Program-made: the position numbers and the translations under genes
Notes under the pieces: model-generated
The model's input: the letters and a program-made list of their open reading frames with translations, nothing else
Databases searched by the model: none
Told to the model about the DNA's origin: nothing
IMG/VR virus record: IMGVR_UViG_3300021137_000001
Location: 265,322 to 329,321 of that record
Length of the DNA: 64,000 bases
Direction: 5' to 3' (one strand)
Shown: positions 39,559 through 47,468 of the stretch, one piece after another
How positions within the stretch are numbered: position 1 is the first letter of the stretch
How the letters are laid out: every line of letters begins with the position of its first letter

Positions 39559-40236
39559 ATGACAACTTATTATGTATATGCATATATTCGTAGCAAAACT
39601 TCGCTAACTGCTAGCATCGGCACCCCGTATTATATAGGTAAAGGAATAGGGCAACGTGCGTTTACTAAACATAATTGTCCAGTTCCGATAGATAAAACAA
39701 ATATTTTGTTTATTAAAGAAAATTTAACAGAAATTGACGCACATTTATTAGAAATACAGCTCATAGAACAATATGGGAGAAAAGATTTAGGCAACGGAAT
39801 ATTACATAATCAAACGAATGGCGGAGAAGGCATAAGCAATCCATCTAGCACTACTAGAGAAAAAATGGCGGCTGCTAAAAGAAATGAATCCGCTGATACT
39901 AGATTAAAACGATCAATTGCAGCAAAGAATAGAATCCGCACACCACTTAGCGATGAAACAAAACGTAAGATTAGCGAGGCTAATACAGGTAAAAAAAGAA
40001 CAGACGATGCTAAATTAAAGCAGTCGGTTGCTAAGAAAGGTAGAACGTGGGAAGATATTTTTGGTATCGAAGAGGCAGCTAGAAGAAGGGATATACTTGC
40101 AAGTGACGAAGTTAAGTTAAAAATGAGTATAGCTGCGTGTAACAGAAGTGACGAAGGTGCCGCCAATATAGCTGAAGCAAATAGGAAAATTGGTATATTA
40201 AGAAAAGAAGCAAATAACAAATTAAAGGGTGTATAA
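39559..40236 (+). CDS. Free-standing GIY-YIG homing endonuclease with NUMOD3-like repeats
   Basis: YYVYAY...PYYIGKG..RA...E..LI..YGRKD...L.N.T.GGEG; SDETKRKISEA.TGK. Confidence 0.88.
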   Translation: MTTYYVYAYIRSKTSLTASIGTPYYIGKGIGQRAFTKHNCPVPIDKTNILFIKENLTEIDAHLLEIQLIEQYGRKDLGNGILHNQTNGGEGISNPSSTTREKMAAAKRNESADTRLKRSIAAKNRIRTPLSDETKRKISEANTGKKRTDDAKLKQSVAKKGRTWEDIFGIEEAARRRDILASDEVKLKMSIAACNRSDEGAANIAEANRKIGILRKEANNKLKGV

Positions 40237-40239
40237 TAT

Positions 40240-41139
40240 ATGGCAAGACGTGTGAACTATTTGAATAATAAAGACATTTTAAAAGAAATCGCTAAAAGTA
40301 AATTAACATATTGTAGTTTCATTAATAAAGATGTAACTATGTACGATGCTATTGTATTAAACGTAAGTGCAATTACTAAAAAATCCGTAGCAGAAGCCAG
40401 AGCAACAAGAGCAACAAGGCTTGCTAAAGAAGCACAAGAAGCTGAATTATTGCTCGGTAACAAACGCAAGTTAGATGAATTTGCAATCCCAGTAGAAAAT
40501 ATCCCAGTAACAGACATTGTATTCCGTGTTATGACATGGGAACATATACCAATCGACGAAGTTAAACAGAAAAAATCCGACGCTAAAGCACAAGAAGCGT
40601 ACGACGAAGATTTGTTCGAAACTGAATACGATGAGCCTGCACCAGTTGTTAAAGTCAAAGGTGCTGTTAAGTACGTTAAACTAAACTTTCCTCCTTTCTT
40701 TCATTATTCAGTAACCGAAGACTTAACTCCAATTGTTGTTGGTAAGAGTCACTGGAAAGGCGACTTTGAAACTGGCGGTTTTGTTAAAGATCATGGTAGC
40801 ATGACGGCTAAGTTAGCTCATATGTTTGTTAAACTATGTGAACGCTATGCTACACGTAGTAACTGGCGTGGTTATACATACAATGACGAGATGCGTAGCC
40901 AAGCATTACTTCAATTAAGTCAAATTGGGCTACAGTTTGACGAAAGTAAATCAGACAATCCATTTGCTTATTATACAGCCGCAATTACAAACAGCTTTAC
41001 TCGTGTATTAAACATCGAAAAGCGCAATCAAAATATTCGTGATGACATTTTAGAGATGAACAACTACGCACCAAGCTATACTCGACAGAATCAAGGCGGT
41101 AACTGGGGCGGTGGTGGTGGACACGGAGCCGACGAATAA
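40240..41139 (+). CDS. gp55: Late-transcription sigma factor, T4 gp55-like
   Basis: VNYLNNKDIL; L..R...RSNWRGYTYNDEM...AL...FDE.KS.NPFAYYT....NSF.R.L..EKR. Confidence 0.88.
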   Translation: MARRVNYLNNKDILKEIAKSKLTYCSFINKDVTMYDAIVLNVSAITKKSVAEARATRATRLAKEAQEAELLLGNKRKLDEFAIPVENIPVTDIVFRVMTWEHIPIDEVKQKKSDAKAQEAYDEDLFETEYDEPAPVVKVKGAVKYVKLNFPPFFHYSVTEDLTPIVVGKSHWKGDFETGGFVKDHGSMTAKLAHMFVKLCERYATRSNWRGYTYNDEMRSQALLQLSQIGLQFDESKSDNPFAYYTAAITNSFTRVLNIEKRNQNIRDDILEMNNYAPSYTRQNQGGNWGGGGGHGADE

Positions 41140-41201
41140 CCGCAAATTATTTTATCTGCCAGTCGCCCATAACTAAATACATTTACAGGGGATTGGCAGA
41201 T

Positions 41202-41864
41202 ATGAAATACAAAAAAGATTACTATGGTTATGTATATGAATGGATAAATTCCACTAATAATATGAAATATATCGGATCGCATTACGGAGCAGTCGATGAT
41301 TATTATAAAGGATCCGGCAAAGATTTTATGGTAGCATATAAAAATAACCCACAACACTTTACTATGAGAGTATTAGAATATGTTTCTGAAAACAATAAAA
41401 AATTAGTATTAGAAACAGAAAAAAAATGGCTTGATACAGTAGTAAATATTAAAGATGATCCAACATATTATAATCTCAATAATGATGCGACAGGCGGATT
41501 TGGGTATTTAGATGAATCTCATATCGTTAAACGAGCAGAAACATTAAAGAAGAAACACGCTATCCACGGATTAAGTACCGAAGAAATACAATCATATAAG
41601 CAAAAAATACAAACCAGACTCGATAGAATAGCAACTACTGGGTTTACCGATAAAGAAAAAGAACAACATGCAAAATACGGAATTAAATTACAAGTCACCT
41701 TACCCTCAGGAGAAGTACGAATATATAATTCCATCGGGGCTGCCGAACGTGAGTTAAAACTTAACATTAAGTATGGATTAAAAATATGTGCCAAAAAACT
41801 TGACTTCAAAGGGTACATTCTAGTAAAATTAAATGAACCACTAATCGATTGTAGGAAAAAATGA
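41202..41864 (+). CDS. Free-standing GIY-YIG (Seg-like) homing endonuclease
   Basis: YGYVYEWIN..N.MKYIGSH...DDYYKGSG...E...L...YYNL; C-terminal NUMOD1-like YNSIGAAEREL. Start moved to the ATG after RBS GGGGA (track gives 41193). Confidence 0.85.
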   Translation: MKYKKDYYGYVYEWINSTNNMKYIGSHYGAVDDYYKGSGKDFMVAYKNNPQHFTMRVLEYVSENNKKLVLETEKKWLDTVVNIKDDPTYYNLNNDATGGFGYLDESHIVKRAETLKKKHAIHGLSTEEIQSYKQKIQTRLDRIATTGFTDKEKEQHAKYGIKLQVTLPSGEVRIYNSIGAAERELKLNIKYGLKICAKKLDFKGYILVKLNEPLIDCRKK

Positions 41865-42874
41865 ATTTATTCAAAAAAGCTGCGGTATTTACAGATTTAC
41901 ATCTAGGACTAAAGTCAAATAGTACACAACATAATGAAGATTGCCTTGCGTACATTAAATGGTTTATTAGTAATGCAAAAAAAGAAGGGTGCGATGTTTG
42001 CTTTTTTCTTGGAGACTATCATAATAATCGAGCGGCAATTAATGTAGTCACGTTAAACTATAGCCTAACAGCGTTAGAGTTGTTGGGCAAAGCGTTTGAC
42101 CGTGTTATCTTTATTCCGGGCAATCATGATTTATATTATCGTGACAAGCGTGATATACAATCTGCACAATGGGCAAAGCATATTCCAAACATTGAGATTA
42201 TTAATGATTTCTATCAAGAGGGTGATGTAAGCATTGTTCCGTGGCTAGTAGGAGATGATCATAAAAAGATACAAAAGATCAATGCAAAGTATATGTTCGG
42301 GCACTTTGAGTTACCGGGCTATTATATGAATGCAATGGTGCAAATGCCAGAGCACGGTGAGATTAGACGTGAGGATTTTGGGCATATTGATCATGTGTAC
42401 AGTGGGCATTTTCATAAACGTCAAACAGGTAAGAATATTACATATATTGGCAATGCGTTTCCACATAATTATGCAGATGCAGGTGATGATGAACGTGGTA
42501 TGATGATACTTAACTGGGGAGAAGAGCCAACGTTTCATGCATGGCCTGATCAACCCAAGTATCGTGTATACACACTAAGCGACATTTTGCAAACTCCAGA
42601 TACGTTGTTACAAAAAGGTATGCACTGTCGAGTAAACATCGACGTGGATATTTCATATGAAGAAGCAACATTTATTAAAGAAACTTTTGTAGGTACATAT
42701 AATTTGCGTGAGCTTACATTAATTCCAGTAAAGCACACTGATATCGGCACAGATATTATGCTAGGCAATATTCAATTCGAAAGTATTGATACAATCGTGA
42801 CAAGTCAACTAACAGCTATCAACAGTGAGCATTATAATCCAGCATTGTTATTAGACATCTATAGGAATTTATAA
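41861..42874 (+). CDS. gp47: Recombination nuclease subunit, gp47/Mre11/SbcD-like
   Basis: Metallophosphoesterase motifs DLHLG, GDYH, GNHD, GHFE, SGHFH. Confidence 0.93.
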   Translation: MNLFKKAAVFTDLHLGLKSNSTQHNEDCLAYIKWFISNAKKEGCDVCFFLGDYHNNRAAINVVTLNYSLTALELLGKAFDRVIFIPGNHDLYYRDKRDIQSAQWAKHIPNIEIINDFYQEGDVSIVPWLVGDDHKKIQKINAKYMFGHFELPGYYMNAMVQMPEHGEIRREDFGHIDHVYSGHFHKRQTGKNITYIGNAFPHNYADAGDDERGMMILNWGEEPTFHAWPDQPKYRVYTLSDILQTPDTLLQKGMHCRVNIDVDISYEEATFIKETFVGTYNLRELTLIPVKHTDIGTDIMLGNIQFESIDTIVTSQLTAINSEHYNPALLLDIYRNL

Positions 42875-42910
42875 TTGTTTAAAATAAAAAATCTTACAGT
42901 TAACAGGTAA
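42875..42910 (+). pseudogene. Fossil 5' fragment of gp46 (MFKIKNLTVNR*)
   Basis: TTG TTT AAA ATA AAA AAT CTT ACA GTT AAC AGG TAA abuts the gp47 stop; 14-bp ATAAAAAATCTTAC shared with 43542-43555. Confidence 0.7.
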
Positions 42911-42939
42911 ATGTATAAATAGTTATATAGGAGTAATAT

Positions 42940-43530
42940 ATGGCTAAAAGAAGAATATTTACAGAGGACGAATTGAATTTAATCATTGATTTACAACGGT
43001 CGGTTACTGAGATATGCTTACTAGTTAGTGCATCACATCCAACAATAACTAAGATCAGAAAAGAGGTAGGTATCGTTACTATTAGAGGTAGGAGAGGTGG
43101 GTCTGTTGTTCCGTCTCAACGAAGAACTATTTACTGTGTATGCCAGAATGCGGCGTGTAAAAAAGAATTCGAATCAATAAAATCAACTCCTCGTAAATTT
43201 TGTAGCCACACGTGCCAACAACGAGCTGCAAATGTTGCTGCAAAAGGAATCGGTTCAAGAAAAATGCGTAACCCTAACACTCCTGTATATAAAAAATATG
43301 CTAGAATAGTACATGGGATGAGTCATAAGATATATTTGTCAAACATAGCTATTATTAACCCTAATGGATATGTTAGAACATTATGCGGAGTTAAAGATGG
43401 ATGGCAATTAGATCATATCATTCCTATTAAGGAATGTTTTGAAAGAAATATACCCCCAGAAGAGGCAGCTAGTATTAATAATCTTAGGATGCTTCCATGG
43501 AAAGATAATTTAATGAGACAATATAAATAA
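42940..43530 (+). CDS. HNH endonuclease (N-terminal HTH and Zn-finger, C-terminal HNH)
   Basis: C..AACKKEF...RKFCSHTC; WQLDHIIP...NLRMLPWKDN; own TATAAATA at 42914-42921 and AGGAG RBS. Confidence 0.8.
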   Translation: MAKRRIFTEDELNLIIDLQRSVTEICLLVSASHPTITKIRKEVGIVTIRGRRGGSVVPSQRRTIYCVCQNAACKKEFESIKSTPRKFCSHTCQQRAANVAAKGIGSRKMRNPNTPVYKKYARIVHGMSHKIYLSNIAIINPNGYVRTLCGVKDGWQLDHIIPIKECFERNIPPEEAASINNLRMLPWKDNLMRQYK

Positions 43531-45302
43531 TGGCATTCCGTATAAAAAATCTTACCGTGAAAAATTTCATGAGTGTTGGTAATGCAACGCAAGCAGTGGA
43601 CTTTGATCGCAATGATCTCACGTTAGTGCTTGGTGTCAATGTTGATTTAGGTGGTGACGACAGCGGCGCACGTAACGGCACTGGTAAAACAACTATCATC
43701 AATGCGTTAAGCTACAGTTTGTTTGGGCAAGCGTTGACTAATATTAAACGTGATAACTTAATTAATAAAACTAATGGTAAGAACATGTTAGTCACAGTTG
43801 AGTTCGAACATAACGGGCAAGATTATAAGATTGAGCGTGGACGTAAGCCAAACGTAATGAAGTTTTACGTGGGTGATGAAGAAAAAGAAATTACAGACGA
43901 ATCGCAAGGTGATAGCAGAGAAACGCAAGCTGAGATTGAGCGTATGTTAAGCATGAAGCATGATATGTTTAAACACATTGTTGCTCTTAACACGTACACT
44001 GAACCGTTCCTTAGTTTAAAGTCGGGTGATCAACGTGAGATCATCGAGCAGCTACTCGGTATTACTATGCTTAGTGAAAAGGCTGAGAATTTAAAAGAGT
44101 TGACTCGTGCTACAAAGGATGCAATTCAGCAAGAAGAATACAGTATTAAGGCGATTGCAGACGCAAACGGACGCATAAAAGAACAAATTGAGAGCTTAAT
44201 TCGTCGACAAAATATGTGGACTACTAAGCACACAGATGATGCAGCAAAGTTAGAAAATGCGTTAGCAGAGTTGCATAAAATTGATATTGAACAAGAACTT
44301 GCAGCACACACTGCGCTTACTGCATATAATCAACAGCGCAAAGACTTAGATGATTTGGGTAAAGCTATATTGCGTGGTGAGGCAGATATTGCTCGCGAAC
44401 AAAAAACTATAGACAAAGTTACTAAAGAAATTGCCGATTTAGAAGCGCACACTTGCTATGCTTGCGGGCAACATTTTCATGATGATAAACATGAGTCGGT
44501 ATTAGCGGCTAAACGTGTTTCACTTGAAACCGCAACAAATCAATATTTGTCAGATCAATCACAGTTGCTTGCACTTACTGGTGCTAAGGCAGAAATTGGT
44601 GCCCTTGGTGCACAACCTCGAGTATATTATGATAAAGAAGCAGATGCATTCCATCATAAAGGTTCAATTACTAGTTTAGAAACACAGTTAGCAACTAAGA
44701 GTGCGGAAGTTGACCCATATGCTGAACAGATTGAAGAAATGACGCATACTGCTATGGCAGAAACTGATTTTACTACAATGAATGAGCTCGTTAAGTTAAA
44801 GGAACATCAAGACTTCTTGTTAAAACTATTAACTAACAAAGATAGCTTTATCCGTAAGCGTATTATTGATCAGAACTTGTCGCATCTAAACGCAAGATTA
44901 AGTCAATACTTAGATCGCATCGGATTGCCACACACAGTAACGTTCTTAAATGATTTAAGCGTTGAAATTACAGAGCTTGGGCGCGAGTTAGACTTTGATA
45001 ATTTATCACGTGGTGAACGTAATCGCTTGATCTTAAGTTTAAGCTGGGCGTTCCGTGATGTGTGGGAGAGTTTATACAATCCGATTAACTTATTGTTTAT
45101 TGATGAGCTTATTGATAGTGGCATGGACAGTAGCGGAGTTGAAAGTTCACTAGGCATACTTAAAAAGATGTCGCGTGAACATGAGAAAAGTATTTGGCTT
45201 GTTTCGCACAAAGACGAACTTGCGGGTCGTGTAAACAATATCATGACTGTAACAAAAGAGAATGGGTTTACTACATACAGCACCGACGTTGAAGTAATTT
45301 AA
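43530..45302 (+). CDS. gp46: Recombination ATPase subunit, gp46/Rad50/SbcC-like
   Basis: Walker A RNGTGKTT, coiled coil with CYAC Zn-hook, signature LSRGE, Walker B LLFIDE, H-loop VSH. Confidence 0.93.
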   Translation: MAFRIKNLTVKNFMSVGNATQAVDFDRNDLTLVLGVNVDLGGDDSGARNGTGKTTIINALSYSLFGQALTNIKRDNLINKTNGKNMLVTVEFEHNGQDYKIERGRKPNVMKFYVGDEEKEITDESQGDSRETQAEIERMLSMKHDMFKHIVALNTYTEPFLSLKSGDQREIIEQLLGITMLSEKAENLKELTRATKDAIQQEEYSIKAIADANGRIKEQIESLIRRQNMWTTKHTDDAAKLENALAELHKIDIEQELAAHTALTAYNQQRKDLDDLGKAILRGEADIAREQKTIDKVTKEIADLEAHTCYACGQHFHDDKHESVLAAKRVSLETATNQYLSDQSQLLALTGAKAEIGALGAQPRVYYDKEADAFHHKGSITSLETQLATKSAEVDPYAEQIEEMTHTAMAETDFTTMNELVKLKEHQDFLLKLLTNKDSFIRKRIIDQNLSHLNARLSQYLDRIGLPHTVTFLNDLSVEITELGRELDFDNLSRGERNRLILSLSWAFRDVWESLYNPINLLFIDELIDSGMDSSGVESSLGILKKMSREHEKSIWLVSHKDELAGRVNNIMTVTKENGFTTYSTDVEVI

Positions 45303-45357
45303 TTTTACCATCCACTACAGGGTGGTTAAATACATATAACAACAAGGAGAAGTAAAC

Positions 45358-45543
45358 ATGGCAATTCATGATGATATTTTAGCAGCAGTAGAATTATACG
45401 TTTCAGAATCAGAAAAATTTGAAGTTAAAGGTGTTAAAGCTGCAGCGGCACGTGCTCGCGGTGCATTAGGCGATTTAGGTAAGTTAACTAAAGCTCGTCG
45501 TGCAGAAATTCAAACCAAAAAGAACGAACTGTCCGCTAAGTAA
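45358..45543 (+). CDS. Small basic protein resembling histone H1-like Hc1 family DNA-binding proteins
   Basis: KF..KGVKAAAARAR.AL..L.KL.K..R.EIQ pattern; AAGGAG RBS; TAAATA at 45327-45332. Confidence 0.6.
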   Translation: MAIHDDILAAVELYVSESEKFEVKGVKAAAARARGALGDLGKLTKARRAEIQTKKNELSAK

Positions 45544-45634
45544 TAACGGAAAATGCTGACATTTTGAATAAATAGTAGTGTAGTTCGCGGGTGTAGGAAC
45601 CCCAACTACTCTAACATTGTAAAGGAATGTCAGC

Positions 45635-46213
45635 ATGAATATTTATTACGTATACCAGTACCTTAGAGAAAAGGATTCGTCTACTGCTCTAGCAGGTACA
45701 CCATACTATATAGGAAAAGGTAAGAACAACCGAGCATATATAGGACACAATAATAGAATACCTTCAAATAAAGAATATATTCAAATTATTAAAGATAATT
45801 TAACTGAACAAGAAGCAATGGACCTTGAAATTATGCTAATTAAAAAATATGGTCGTAAAGATTTAGTAACAGGTATTTTAATAAATCTTTCAAACGGCGG
45901 CGAAGGAGCAAGCGGATCTGTTCGTTCGCAAGAGCACAAGACACGTATATCTCAAGCACAAACAGGAAAAATTGTTTCAGATTCAACAAGAGAAAAATTA
46001 AGTAAGGCATTATCAGGTAAAAAACGATCAGATATTGCTAAGTTTAATATTAGCAAAGCACACATAGGTCAAGTTCCTTGGAATAAAAACATACAAATGA
46101 CAGAAGAGTGGAAGGCAAAACGCCCTTGGCATAGTTGTGATATTTGTGGTATTCAATCCCAAAACCTTACTAATATTAAAAGATTTCACAATAGCAATTG
46201 TAAAAATAAATAG
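45635..46213 (+). CDS. Free-standing GIY-YIG homing endonuclease (paralog of 39559..40236)
   Basis: YYVYQY...GTPYYIGKG...YGRKD..GIL.N...GGEG; NUMOD3-like repeats; C-terminal CDIC..H..C. Confidence 0.88.
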   Translation: MNIYYVYQYLREKDSSTALAGTPYYIGKGKNNRAYIGHNNRIPSNKEYIQIIKDNLTEQEAMDLEIMLIKKYGRKDLVTGILINLSNGGEGASGSVRSQEHKTRISQAQTGKIVSDSTREKLSKALSGKKRSDIAKFNISKAHIGQVPWNKNIQMTEEWKAKRPWHSCDICGIQSQNLTNIKRFHNSNCKNK

Positions 46214-46217
46214 CATT

Positions 46218-46670
46218 ATGGCATATGATAATCCCTGGATCTATAATGGTACAACTTTTGATTCAGGGGATATCGGTGAATACTACGGCTTCATTTATAG
46301 AATAACTAATATCACTAACGGACACGATTATGTGGGCCGCAAATATTTTAAAACTATTAAAAAAAGACCACCACTAAAAGGTAAGAAGAACAAACGTTTA
46401 GAAACAATTGAAACTGATTGGAAAGACTATTGGGGTTCATCAAATCGTTTAGTAGCAGATATACTAGCACTAGGTAAAGAACAGTTTACCCGTGAAATTA
46501 TACATTTATGTAAAAGTCGCGGTGAAACTAACTATATGGAAGCGCATTATCAATTTAAAGAAGAAGTACTGTTAAGGGAAGATAACTATAATGGTATTAT
46601 ACAACTTAAACTAGGTAAAAACTCCGTTAAAGATGTAAAAATTAATAAATCAGTTGACCAACGACACTAA
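46218..46670 (+). CDS. Compact GIY-YIG nuclease without DNA-binding repeats
   Basis: W.YNG...YGFIYRITN..NG..YVGRK...ETDWKDYWGSS...FTREII.LC...YN. Start at MAYDNPW, following TAAATA-N5 (track gives 46137). Confidence 0.8.
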   Translation: MAYDNPWIYNGTTFDSGDIGEYYGFIYRITNITNGHDYVGRKYFKTIKKRPPLKGKKNKRLETIETDWKDYWGSSNRLVADILALGKEQFTREIIHLCKSRGETNYMEAHYQFKEEVLLREDNYNGIIQLKLGKNSVKDVKINKSVDQRH

Positions 46671-46682
46671 ACGTAATACAAT
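46654..46682 (+). promoter_or_regulatory. Sigma70-type promoter facing the endonuclease and structured RNA region
   Basis: TTGACC-17 nt-TACAAT. Confidence 0.55.
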
Positions 46683-46792
46683 AAACACATAACTCACACA
46701 GACACCAAGTCGCTCTCATAGAAACAAATTCCAACTCCGTAATAAAGTAGTAAATGTTTTAACCGCAGGTGGAACAAGTGATAAATAACTGT

Positions 46793-47467
46793 ATGAACTA
46801 TACCGAATTAATCACCGAAGAAATACGTAGTAAATTTAAACCCACTTGGCTTTATATTAAGCAACACAATGATACAGGATTACAGTATTTTGGTAAGACT
46901 ATTGTAGCAGATCCATTTAAATATAAAGGATCAGGCACTAGATGGTTATATCATTTAAACTTACATCATAATAATGTAACCACAGTCTGGTGTAAGTTAT
47001 TCACAGATGTTGATCAATTAGTAGCATACGCTATTGATTTTTCGCTTAATAATAATATTGTAGAATCAGATAAGTGGGCAAATTTAATTATTGAAAATGG
47101 GTTAGATGGAGGAACAACACCATCCGACTGTACTAAAGAAAAAATGAGATTAGCGAATACTGGTAGAAAATATTCAGAAGAAACAAAACAAAAAATTAGA
47201 GCCACAAAGGCAAATTATGTAATAACAGAAGAGACTAGAAAAAAAATGTCACTTGCCCAAAAAGGCAGAATAGTTTCAGAAGAAACAAAACAAAAATTAA
47301 AAAGAACTAATACCGGCAAAAAACACCACATTAGTTCAATCGAAAAGATGAAGGTTAGTAGAAGTGAAGTTGTTTATAAATCGGTTGTTTGCCCGCATTG
47401 TGGTAAAGAAGGCGCAATAAACAATATGCCTAGATATCATTTTGATAAATGTAAGGCTAAGAAATAA
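46793..47467 (+). CDS. Free-standing GIY-YIG homing endonuclease with NUMOD3 repeats and C-terminal Zn motif
   Basis: LYIKQH..TGL.YFGKT..DP..Y.GSG..W; NL..ENGLDGG; SEETK.K repeats; CPHCGKEG...HFDKC. Start at the ATG after TAAATA-N5 (track gives 46769). Confidence 0.85.
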   Translation: MNYTELITEEIRSKFKPTWLYIKQHNDTGLQYFGKTIVADPFKYKGSGTRWLYHLNLHHNNVTTVWCKLFTDVDQLVAYAIDFSLNNNIVESDKWANLIIENGLDGGTTPSDCTKEKMRLANTGRKYSEETKQKIRATKANYVITEETRKKMSLAQKGRIVSEETKQKLKRTNTGKKHHISSIEKMKVSRSEVVYKSVVCPHCGKEGAINNMPRYHFDKCKAKK

Positions 47468-47468
47468 A

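Noticed and set aside
41140-41160. Fossil gp47 start upstream of the Seg-like endonuclease
   Set aside because: Only a weak GCAAATTATTTT resemblance with no clean in-frame peptide match; the segment is better explained by the RBS-occluding hairpin
42902-43559. Group I intron or ribosomal bypass in gp46 (fragment ends in T, insert ends in G, frame would be restored)
   Set aside because: Under 40 nt of non-coding sequence flanks the HNH ORF, too little for a ribozyme core; ~650 nt is far longer than known bypass gaps; gp46 has its own complete start
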